Of a stretch of 54,602 nucleotides of DNA, positions 22,790-29,953 are shown piece after piece; within the stretch, counting starts at the first letter, position 1; every line of letters begins with the position of its first letter. The DNA lies in IMG/VR virus record IMGVR_UViG_3300011438_000003, positions 1 through 54,602 of that record; one strand, given 5' to 3'. The DNA comes from a virus. Position numbers and translations under genes: made by a program. The notes under the pieces are model-generated. The model ran no database searches. It was not told where the DNA came from and saw only the letters and a program-made list of their open reading frames with translations.

Positions 22790-22996
22790 ATGAGTACCAA
22801 GAAACCAAAGAAGCCGGTAGCCGTTGAGAGGACAGTTGTGCTCGACGGCTACTATGCGATCCATCCTGGCAATGCCTGGTTCGAACGGCGCGACCCCGTA
22901 GGCCGTTCACAGGTGACATTGTTTGATTTGCTGCCAATCTCGTCTGGGCAGCGAGGTCGCTTCACAGTGACGATCAAATTCGAACCGCTAGACTGA
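22790..22996 (+). CDS. Hypothetical protein, 68 aa
   Basis: ORF headed by motif copy 4. Lys-rich N-terminus 'MSTKKPKKP'. Confidence 0.6.
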   Translation: MSTKKPKKPVAVERTVVLDGYYAIHPGNAWFERRDPVGRSQVTLFDLLPISSGQRGRFTVTIKFEPLD

Positions 22997-23000
22997 CCCA

Positions 23001-23018
23001 CCGGGTCGGGAGGAAACA
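23001..23018 (+). promoter_or_regulatory. Start-associated linker motif, copy 5 (CCGGGTCGGGAGGAAACA), 2 nt before ATG 23021
   Basis: Read directly. Confidence 0.85.
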
Positions 23019-23020
23019 CC

Positions 23021-23245
23021 ATGGGAAGACTAGAATTGGTTGGCAAGCTTGAAGCGATCCGAAATGGCCTCGTGTTCGCAACCGCGGGTGACGACCCGCA
23101 TGATTGGCGCAAGGGGTGCGAGATCGCCAAGACGCAATTGGACGAGTTGAGCAGTGAGTTGGCGACGGTCGATCCCGCTTACGGCAATTGCATGGTGGCC
23201 GGTTGCTACTTGCGGTTGCCTCACTCACACAAGAGCGGCACGTAA
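23021..23245 (+). CDS. Hypothetical protein, 74 aa
   Basis: ORF headed by motif copy 5. Confidence 0.6.
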   Translation: MGRLELVGKLEAIRNGLVFATAGDDPHDWRKGCEIAKTQLDELSSELATVDPAYGNCMVAGCYLRLPHSHKSGT

Positions 23246-23264
23246 CCGCGGGTCCCTTCGAACA
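23246..23264 (+). repeat. Degenerate sixth copy of the linker motif (CCGCGGGTCCCTTCGAACA) that has lost the SD
   Basis: Hand alignment to CCGGGTCGGAGGAAACA. Starts right after stop TAA 23243-23245. Confidence 0.5.
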
Positions 23265-23281
23265 CTACACGGGGCCCCTGC

Positions 23282-23300
23282 TGTGGTAGGAGTGGAGCGA
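23282..23300 (+). promoter_or_regulatory. Second start-associated motif, copy 1 (TGTGGTAGGAGTGGAGCGA), abutting ATG 23301
   Basis: Read directly. 16 of 19 nt are identical to 23488-23506. Confidence 0.8.
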
Positions 23301-23477
23301 ATGAAAACGCAGAAGAAGCCGCCCGCTGTTTACCGCGTCGCTTGGTCGTGCGAAGACTGCGGGCGCCAAGTCACGGTTCCAAACACCAAGGAGTGGGAGC
23401 ACATCACGCCGGCTGTGCTCTGCGCCTGCGAGGCTGCAACTAAGCGACGTCGGGCACTGACTCCGGGAGTCCCTTGA
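23301..23477 (+). CDS. Small Zn-ribbon-like protein, 58 aa
   Basis: 'WSCEDCGRQ...LCACEA'. Internal ATG of ORF 23154..23477, headed by the second motif. Confidence 0.55.
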   Translation: MKTQKKPPAVYRVAWSCEDCGRQVTVPNTKEWEHITPAVLCACEAATKRRRALTPGVP

Positions 23478-23487
23478 GTTGCAACTA

Positions 23488-23506
23488 TGTGGTAGGAGTG
23501 GATCGC
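23488..23506 (+). promoter_or_regulatory. Second start-associated motif, copy 2 (TGTGGTAGGAGTGGATCGC), abutting ATG 23507
   Basis: Read directly. Confidence 0.8.
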
Positions 23507-23797
23507 ATGGATAAATACCCTGACGACTCGCTGAAAACCAAGCTGCCAGATGGGACGGAGCGCTGGGAGATTCAGCCAGACGACGTCGTCTATTGCCGAA
23601 AGGCCAAGCACGGCTACTTTGTCTCTGGTCTCCGCAGTGACACATTGGGGAATCACGACTGGCCGACCGCCGTCAACCAACCTCGCGCTATTTTTGCTAG
23701 CGGGATGCCCGAGCCGCCCCACCGGGAGAATTTGCCAGACAGGCGCAATCAGCCCATCGCGATAATCTTCTACGAGAATCTCGAGCGGATTCTGTAG
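23507..23797 (+). CDS. Hypothetical protein, 96 aa
   Basis: Internal ATG of ORF 23474..23797, headed by the second motif. Its stop abuts the stop of the convergent endolysin gene. Confidence 0.6.
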   Translation: MDKYPDDSLKTKLPDGTERWEIQPDDVVYCRKAKHGYFVSGLRSDTLGNHDWPTAVNQPRAIFASGMPEPPHRENLPDRRNQPIAIIFYENLERIL

Positions 23798-24481
23798 CTA
23801 AGCCACGTCGTCAGGAGGCGGGCCGGCGTGGGCTGGGTCGAAAGCATCGGCGGTCAGGTCGAAGTGGAGCTTAAACGCACGCTCTGCCACGTCGCCCGGG
23901 GTAAGTGGCGGCGTCGGGTCCTCCGCTGGAGCTTCCACTTCAGGCCGTGGCCCGTCATCGACCTCTACCTCGATACGCCCTTGCGCGGACTCGTAGAGCG
24001 AGCGGATCGCGTGGCAGACTTCGGCCTTGGTGACGCCATCGGCATTGCGATCGAATCCCGCGTTCTGCTTGTAAGCGATCGTGCCCCTGGGGAATAGAAC
24101 GTAATCATTCGGCTTCCCAATTCCGGCTGGCCAGAGGATCGACATGTACGTGTCTTCCAGCGTGACGAGCTTGCCCTTCCCGAACCAGAGCAGATACTTG
24201 GCCACATAGTCGAGCTGCTCCACCGCAGACATCGCTACCAGCATCGCGGTCGATGTGCCGAGGTTGCGAGCTGTCGACGGCATGAACTGTATTAAGCCGC
24301 ACGCGCCCGAGCCGGCCTTGTTGAGAATCGACGGGGAGTGAGTCCCGCCCGTCTCGAATCCGATCACCGTGGCGATGTTGTCGACGGCCGTCTCTACGAG
24401 CTGGGAGACTGCCCATAGTCGCCGCTTGTAGGCCAGTGACGTTCCCGCGAGCCCACGCACATTGGCGATTGAGATAATCAT
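23798..24481 (-). CDS. Endolysin, lytic transglycosylase (SLT/GH23-like) type, 227 aa
   Basis: 'VIGFETGGTHSPSILNKAGSGACGLIQFMPSTARNLG' carries the catalytic Glu and the GLIQFMP..TA..LG signature of SLT-like phage muralytic enzymes. Last gene of the late block. Confidence 0.75.
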   Translation of the reverse strand: MIISIANVRGLAGTSLAYKRRLWAVSQLVETAVDNIATVIGFETGGTHSPSILNKAGSGACGLIQFMPSTARNLGTSTAMLVAMSAVEQLDYVAKYLLWFGKGKLVTLEDTYMSILWPAGIGKPNDYVLFPRGTIAYKQNAGFDRNADGVTKAEVCHAIRSLYESAQGRIEVEVDDGPRPEVEAPAEDPTPPLTPGDVAERAFKLHFDLTADAFDPAHAGPPPDDVA

Positions 24482-24897
24482 GAACTACCTCCCAAGAGCC
24501 GCTCGTAGCGCTTCACCCTGCGAGAGACTTCCTTGTCGTTCTCCCGCCTGCCCATGAAGGCGGCGATGCGGGTTCGGACCGTCTTCCCGTGGCTCAGAGC
24601 TCGGAGTGCGAGTTCAGCTTGTAGCCGTGGCGAACGGCAGAACTCACCGATGGGGCCTCTGATGTGCTGGCGATGTAACTGGAACCCGCCGAACGCATGG
24701 CCGTTGTCGCCCAGAATCCGGCAGTCGAGCACCTTGGGCCGCACGCCTCCCTCGGCGTCGAGCGTTGTCGCAAGCAACAGCCCATCTTCGAGCGTTGTCG
24801 CTACCTCCGCGATCGGCGCTGCGAGTTGCTGCGCGTGCGGCTCGGACAAGTGAGCCAGCGCGATCAGCGCTGCGACGATGGGCCCGGATGCGATCAT
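24478..24897 (-). CDS. Secreted lysozyme-like (second SLT-like) protein, 139 aa
   Basis: N-terminal signal-like 'MIASGPIVAALIALAHL', then 'LDAEGGVRPKVLDCRILGDNGHAFGGFQLH', resembling the E...GDxGxAxGxxQ transglycosylase core. ATG 24897 sits in an ATGA overlap. Confidence 0.45.
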   Translation of the reverse strand: MIASGPIVAALIALAHLSEPHAQQLAAPIAEVATTLEDGLLLATTLDAEGGVRPKVLDCRILGDNGHAFGGFQLHRQHIRGPIGEFCRSPRLQAELALRALSHGKTVRTRIAAFMGRRENDKEVSRRVKRYERLLGGSS

Positions 24898-25100
24898 TCT
24901 GTACCGAACCGCTTGTCGACGATGGCCTGTACTGCACTGTCGATTCCCGTCCGCGCAGCCGCCCGCATCATCTCGAGCTCTGCGTTCGCGGCCGCGTGCG
25001 GGTCTTCGGCGCCGTTCTCGAGCGCGCGCCTGAGCGCGTCGCTGGCGAGCCCGAGTGCCGTTTGCACGAGCGGTGACTGGAGCACTTCCCACGGGCTCAT
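24894..25100 (-). CDS. Hypothetical protein, 68 aa
   Basis: ATGA overlaps at both ends. Confidence 0.5.
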   Translation of the reverse strand: MSPWEVLQSPLVQTALGLASDALRRALENGAEDPHAAANAELEMMRAAARTGIDSAVQAIVDKRFGTE

Positions 25101-25408
25101 GTGCCCTCCGGGCAATGCACGTTGAAAGCGCTATTGCCGGTATATATTTCCGCACATTCCGGAGAACTCTTCAGAAGCCCAGCGAGCCCCTTCTTTACGT
25201 CAGCGCACGTCGGCTCGGTCGAAGCGATCGCAACCGCCAAGATGGTGCACTCCGCCGAACTCTTGACGACGTGCACGCGCTCGACGGGCGTCACCGGCTC
25301 CTGCTTGCCGGCGCACCCGGACACCATGAACACCCCGGCCGCTACGCCAGCGAGGACGCAGACGCCGAAGAGCACCAAGGCCCATGAGCGCTTCTGACGG
25401 CGGTTCAC
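25097..25408 (-). CDS. Lipoprotein (o-spanin candidate), 103 aa (GTG start)
   Basis: 'WALVLFGVCVLAGVAAGVFMVSGCAGKQ' gives a signal peptide plus lipobox. GTGA overlap with the holin-like stop. Sits in the lysis cassette. Confidence 0.55.
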   Translation of the reverse strand: MNRRQKRSWALVLFGVCVLAGVAAGVFMVSGCAGKQEPVTPVERVHVVKSSAECTILAVAIASTEPTCADVKKGLAGLLKSSPECAEIYTGNSAFNVHCPEGT

Positions 25409-25590
25409 GGCTCCTCCGGCTTGGTGGCGGACTTCTCGGGAATGTCTCCCGGCATCCGGCCATGAGCCCACCCGAGCAGAAGCGTAGCGGCCCCGGTAGC
25501 GACGACAGTGGCCCCCGGTACGTACACCGCGAGAACCGCGCATCCCACTGCGGCGAGGGTCATCACGAAACGTTGCTGGGCTGGGGTCAT
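25405..25590 (-). CDS. Holin-like two-TM protein, 61 aa
   Basis: Two hydrophobic segments ('FVMTLAAVGCAVLAVYV', 'TVVATGAATLLLGWA') and a charged C-terminus. Sits in the lysis cassette. Confidence 0.5.
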   Translation of the reverse strand: MTPAQQRFVMTLAAVGCAVLAVYVPGATVVATGAATLLLGWAHGRMPGDIPEKSATKPEEP

Positions 25591-25850
25591 TGTTTCTCTC
25601 CGTTCAGGTTGGCCAGCTCGAGCTGGTGGATTCGGGTCGAGTGGTGGCGGACCTCGTCACGGATGAGCTTCACGTTGGCAGTGACTGAGTCTGCGATGTG
25701 GTCGAGCTTGACGTGGAGATCTGCAAAGGCTTGGTTGATGGCGCCCTTCAGGTCTAAGACCTGGTTCTGGATGAGCCGAACGCGCTCCTCGATGGTCAGC
25801 TCGTCCCCCGGTCCAGGTGGCAAGGTGTCGCGGTCCATGGGTATGGTCAT
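25587..25850 (-). CDS. Coiled-coil protein, 87 aa
   Basis: Internal ATG 25850 in an ATGA overlap. Helical 'IEERVRLIQNQVLDLKGAINQAFADLHVKLDHI'. Confidence 0.5.
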   Translation of the reverse strand: MTIPMDRDTLPPGPGDELTIEERVRLIQNQVLDLKGAINQAFADLHVKLDHIADSVTANVKLIRDEVRHHSTRIHQLELANLNGEKQ

Positions 25851-26257
25851 CGGCTGCTCCTCGGGCTTGTGATGATGTCCACTCGCCGCGTCTGCTCGGT
25901 ACAGCATGAAAGAGCGGTCTCGCATTTGTACTCATTCATGGAGATGCGGGAGTTTTGGGTTTCATCCTGCGAGATTCTTGCATCGAGGACTTTGGCGTAC
26001 TGCTGCTCGAGGGACTTGATGTCCCCTTTCGTTGCGACGTCTCCAAGCTTCAGAAGCCCTCCGACGATGGCCGCGCCGATGATGAACGACTCGACGCCGA
26101 GCCTGACCCAGGCCTGCTTGGAACTTTTCTTGGCTCCCGCGGCCGCTGCCGCCTTCATCAGTTCGCCGATGGCTTCTGAGGCGCCTTCGGGTAAATCGTG
26201 GAGGAATGCCAAGAGCTGGGCGTCTACCTCGCCGTGGGTGGGGCGGAGGGGGCTCAC
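25847..26257 (-). CDS. Single-TM membrane protein (holin or i-spanin candidate), 136 aa (GTG start)
   Basis: TM segment 'VESFIIGAAIVGGLL' followed by a helical region. GTGA overlap with the upstream stop. Confidence 0.5.
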   Translation of the reverse strand: MSPLRPTHGEVDAQLLAFLHDLPEGASEAIGELMKAAAAAGAKKSSKQAWVRLGVESFIIGAAIVGGLLKLGDVATKGDIKSLEQQYAKVLDARISQDETQNSRISMNEYKCETALSCCTEQTRRVDIITSPRSSR

Positions 26258-26775
26258 TCGGTGCCCTTGCTGAGCGGCGCCGTGGTGGGCTGAACGCAGC
26301 GGGAGAGCGCCGGATCAGCCCACGGATTCTGAGAACCGCTGACAAACCGCGTAAGCGCGTCTTTCATCAAGTAGAGCGACGGGCACGAAACGATTACGTT
26401 CGGCCACGCGATGCGTGCTCGCCACCGACACGGGCAGCCGGGAGTGTTCGGGAGGCCCTTAGCGTCACACCCTGAGTTCGGGGCGTCGTCGGGGAGAAGC
26501 TGTTGCGAGCCGTCACAGGAGAGGCCGCAGACGGCAATCTTCACGATGAACGACGAACGGTCGATCGGCTTGGTGGCGCACGGCTGCACCTCGTCAACGA
26601 GGCGGTCGATGAGCGCGGGAGAGATGTGCTGCCCGGTGTCGTCGTAGCGAATGCCTCGCGGCGTCGTCTGCGTCGGGCGCACGTCGTACGGAACCGCGGG
26701 CGGGTTGTACGCCCAGCGCTCCACGGTTACTGGCGCGCAGCCGATGAGCAGCAAGCAGAACGCGAGAAGCTTCAC
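26254..26775 (-). CDS. Cys-rich lipoprotein, 173 aa (GTG start)
   Basis: 'MKLLAFCLLLIGCAP' lipobox. GAGGAGG SD. About 10 Cys in the mature part. Confidence 0.65.
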   Translation of the reverse strand: MKLLAFCLLLIGCAPVTVERWAYNPPAVPYDVRPTQTTPRGIRYDDTGQHISPALIDRLVDEVQPCATKPIDRSSFIVKIAVCGLSCDGSQQLLPDDAPNSGCDAKGLPNTPGCPCRWRARIAWPNVIVSCPSLYLMKDALTRFVSGSQNPWADPALSRCVQPTTAPLSKGTE

Positions 26776-27101
26776 GGCTTCACCTCCTCGGCTTCTGCGA
26801 CGACGACCACCGCGGGGAACCAGTCAGGCGTCAACATAGCGACCGCCGAGCCCAACGGCTTCGCTACCGCTTGCTTCCCGCCTTGCGTGTCGTCACCCAG
26901 GGCAGTATCGTCCAAGTAGGCCGCTGTGCTGAGCGTGGGGTGCTTCAGCGTTCCGGCTTGGTGGTACGTCCGCCCCTCAGCCTTGCTTGCGTGTATCCCT
27001 CCGCCGATGTCCACACCGTCGCGGGGGTAGCCTTGCTTGACGTCGATGGCGGCTTGGTAGAGGGTCGCATCAGCGAGGGTGAGGCAGACTAGAGCGGTCA
27101 T
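26772..27101 (-). CDS. Hypothetical protein, 109 aa
   Basis: ATGA overlap with the fibre gene stop. Confidence 0.55.
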   Translation of the reverse strand: MTALVCLTLADATLYQAAIDVKQGYPRDGVDIGGGIHASKAEGRTYHQAGTLKHPTLSTAAYLDDTALGDDTQGGKQAVAKPLGSAVAMLTPDWFPAVVVVAEAEEVKP

Positions 27102-28327
27102 GGCGTGCCGTACCGCGCCTTCTGATAGCTGTAGAGCCTGGCTCTATCCGCCGCCGATAGTGCCCGGTTGTATACAATGACCTCTGCGATTCGCGAATTG
27201 CTAAACCCGGCTGGACCGGCGAAATCGCCCGCCCCAAGCATGAAGTTGTCAATATTGGTAATAACTCCGTTGGAGTACGCGGTCGGATCGCCACCGCGTG
27301 CCGCATTGTCAGTAAATAACGAACTGGTCGTTCCTGGCATTACGTGTATCCAGCCGTGCTGCGCCGTGCCCGAGGCTGGACCTATGCCGCTTACGACCGT
27401 CGCGCCATCATCTCTCCTATCAGTTACATAGTTGGCCGGCCCGGCATCCAACCTGAAACGTTCAAAGTCGAGCCCGGACGACGACTGCGACCATGCGAAC
27501 ATTTCCGCCGACGCTACTTGCGTGACGAACTGACCGCTGATGGCATAGGTGAACGGCTTCTGTGTCCCGTTGATGACCGCAAGCATGCTCGCCCCGGTGC
27601 CTCGCAGGTTGTCGTTCACGCCATCGGTCAGAACGGCGGGCTTTCCTCCAAAGCTTGCCGCTTCCCATAGAGGCTGGTTCGCTGCTGTTCCCTGTGAGAC
27701 ATTGTTCCCCAGCCCTGACTGGTCAGCCCATGCAGAGACCTTGGGTTGGGAGACTTCGGCGCGTATTGCGAACACGTTGGAAACACCATCGCCCTGATAG
27801 CTCGGCGTGTTGTCCGCGCTCCCCATGTAAAGCCGCACGGAGCTGCTTGTTGGCGTGATTGTGACACTGAGGAGAAACCAGCCCGGGAAGCCAGCTACCG
27901 CCGTTATCGATCGCGCCGTAGATCCGTCATTGGTTCCGAGTGCCCCGGTGCCTACATTGAACCAACTGCCCTCATTGGTTGTCCCCACGTGTACGAAGCT
28001 GCGGGTACCGGCCTTTACGTACCAAGTAACGGTTGCCGTAAGACCATTCACCCAACTCCCGGCGACCTGTAGCGCCGAATGGACGCCAAGTGTTCCATCC
28101 TCGATGAGGCTATCTGCTAAGCTCGTGCCGAATGGATCCAGCGTCGCGTCCGGCGTTACCGTCGCTCCATTCTTGGTCCATGCTGCATTGTCGAGCGCAT
28201 CCGGAAATGTGAGCGTCGGCGGGTTCAGCGTCACCCCCAAGTCCCCCCTCAGCCAGAGGACGAGGCCGCCGAGCGACTTCGGCGAGAACGGTGGATCAGC
28301 CATCGCGATATGGCGGTGGAGTCTCAC
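27098..28327 (-). CDS. Tail fibre / receptor-binding protein with LamG/ConA-like jelly-roll modules, 409 aa
   Basis: 'LVLWLRGD', 'SAWADQSG.GNNVSQGTAANQPLW', '...RIAEVIVYNRALSAADRARL' are typical of LamG-type phage fibre domains. Start is 28327 (ATGA overlap) or 28303. Confidence 0.6.
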   Translation of the reverse strand: MRLHRHIAMADPPFSPKSLGGLVLWLRGDLGVTLNPPTLTFPDALDNAAWTKNGATVTPDATLDPFGTSLADSLIEDGTLGVHSALQVAGSWVNGLTATVTWYVKAGTRSFVHVGTTNEGSWFNVGTGALGTNDGSTARSITAVAGFPGWFLLSVTITPTSSSVRLYMGSADNTPSYQGDGVSNVFAIRAEVSQPKVSAWADQSGLGNNVSQGTAANQPLWEAASFGGKPAVLTDGVNDNLRGTGASMLAVINGTQKPFTYAISGQFVTQVASAEMFAWSQSSSGLDFERFRLDAGPANYVTDRRDDGATVVSGIGPASGTAQHGWIHVMPGTTSSLFTDNAARGGDPTAYSNGVITNIDNFMLGAGDFAGPAGFSNSRIAEVIVYNRALSAADRARLYSYQKARYGTP

Positions 28328-29643
28328 AAATTCACCCGGTTGAGGTTGCCGACGCCCGCGGTGCCACCCGTCACCCCCGCCGCTGCACCACCAGCGCCAC
28401 CGGCGGAGCCCATTGTCTCGGTGATGACACCTGATCCCAAATTGAAGACCGTCAACCTTCCGCCCGAGCCGCCATTGCCTCCCTTGCCGCCGCCGCCAGT
28501 TCCGAAGCCATTGCCTCCAGCTCCGCCGTTGCCGCCGTCTGCGCTAACAGCGTTCGCCGCTGCTGCTCCCGTGAGCGAGCCGTACGCGAGGTAGCCCCAA
28601 CCGCCGCCGCCACCACCCGCTCCGCCGCCGCCGCCGCGATTTCCGGCAACCGCAGAGCCGCCATTTCCACCAATGCCGCCGTTCGCCTGAATCGCTCCCG
28701 CCGCGGTGCTTGCTGTGCGCTGAATCGTGGCCGCTGCGAGAAAGAGCACGGCACCACCACCGGCAGCACCGCCACCTCCACCTCCAGCGGTGCCGTCGCC
28801 ACCACCGCCACCGCCGCTTGCTCCTGACGCAGCGCCAAAGATCAAAGCGATGGCTGCCACGCTCACATCGTAGGATGCGAGCATTTGGGTGAACCATTGG
28901 ATCGGCGCTGGCCCCATCACGCCCCCGAAGCCCTGCCCGCCGCCGCCTGCGCCGCCTGAACCAGCTCCGCCGTTACCGCTCGAGCCGCCGATGCCGCCAT
29001 TGTTGAGCGTTCCCGCTGCGCCAGCGAAGTTACCTATGGTACCCGCGCCGGTACCGCCGTTGCCGCCCGAGCTGCCCGCCCCACCTTGCCCGATGGTGCC
29101 GATGCTTCCACCAGATCCGCCAGCGCCGCCAGCGCCCGATGCGCTGCCGATGACGCCATTGCCGACGGTCGGGCCAATGGCGCCAGCGCCCGCGGCACCG
29201 ATGTCGAGTACCCCGGACACGAAGACGCGGTAGCCCGCCGTAGCAATCTTGCCCGTGCCGGAGATCGTGAGGTTCCGGTAATACATGTCACGCGTGATGG
29301 TGGTCGTGCCGCTCGTGATGGCCAGATCGCCATCCGAGCCGCTGCCGAAGAGGCCAAAGGCTGCATTTGCAATAAGCGCAGTGGTCAACACGAATCGACC
29401 GGCACCCGTTACGGACGTCGGCTTGATGTAGTTCGTGCCGTCGTCAGCGTTCGTGTTCGCCTCGTCCCACGTGTAGACACCTTTGCCGGTCACGTTGATG
29501 CGCGTAGCCGAGAAATCGACGAGCGTGCGCAGCTCGGCAACTGAGTCAGCCGCAAAGAGCAGCCGCGTTTCGGTGGCGCCAGCGCGCTGCACGAGTTTTG
29601 GCTCGTTGCCTCGATTGGCTATGAAGAACGGGTCGCTACTCAC
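28324..29643 (-). CDS. Glycine-rich tail fibre / minor tail protein, 439 aa
   Basis: Globular N-terminus (~150 aa), then long GGxGG/GxGGxG tracts ('GAGGAGGSGGSIGTIGQGGAGSSGGNGGTGAG', 'GGGGGGDGTAGGGGGGAAGGG', 'GGNGGAGGNGFGTGGGGKGGNGGSGG'). Confidence 0.6.
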   Translation of the reverse strand: MSSDPFFIANRGNEPKLVQRAGATETRLLFAADSVAELRTLVDFSATRINVTGKGVYTWDEANTNADDGTNYIKPTSVTGAGRFVLTTALIANAAFGLFGSGSDGDLAITSGTTTITRDMYYRNLTISGTGKIATAGYRVFVSGVLDIGAAGAGAIGPTVGNGVIGSASGAGGAGGSGGSIGTIGQGGAGSSGGNGGTGAGTIGNFAGAAGTLNNGGIGGSSGNGGAGSGGAGGGGQGFGGVMGPAPIQWFTQMLASYDVSVAAIALIFGAASGASGGGGGGDGTAGGGGGGAAGGGAVLFLAAATIQRTASTAAGAIQANGGIGGNGGSAVAGNRGGGGGAGGGGGGWGYLAYGSLTGAAAANAVSADGGNGGAGGNGFGTGGGGKGGNGGSGGRLTVFNLGSGVITETMGSAGGAGGAAAGVTGGTAGVGNLNRVNL

Positions 29644-29656
29644 GTTGTGGCGCCTT

Positions 29657-29953
29657 TCACCAGAACACCATGATTGCTGTCGCGGTCGTTCCGTTGCCGG
29701 ACGATCGAAGCACCTTCGCCTCTACAGGCAAGATCGTTCCGGGCGCCAGGGCTGGTGTCGTGTCGTTCGTGCCATCTGGTCGAGTGAGAGCAACGACGCC
29801 ACCGCTGACAACATGGATCTCGCGCGGGGTGAGCTTCACGCCGGTATCCGAGGCGGACCGACCAGGACCGTCCGTCGTCAGATCGACATCGGAGGCGAAC
29901 GTCGTGTAGGACTTCCAGTAGCGCGATGGTGAAAGAAGGCTTCTGTCGGACAT
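29657..29953 (-). CDS. Small virion-associated protein (hypothetical), 98 aa
   Basis: ORF between the ejection-like protein and fibre genes. TAATG junction. Confidence 0.55.
   Translation of the reverse strand: MSDRSLLSPSRYWKSYTTFASDVDLTTDGPGRSASDTGVKLTPREIHVVSGGVVALTRPDGTNDTTPALAPGTILPVEAKVLRSSGNGTTATAIMVFW

Noticed and set aside
22160-23510. CRISPR array explanation for the repeated 15-19 bp motifs
   Set aside because: Spacing is irregular (about 75-270 bp). The intervening segments are intact ORFs starting right after each motif. The motif contains an SD, and there are no cas genes.
28324-29643. Gly-rich region as non-coding simple-sequence DNA
   Set aside because: A single 439-codon frame stays open through all the tracts. 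It has a normal globular N-terminus and is stop-start coupled to the next fibre gene.
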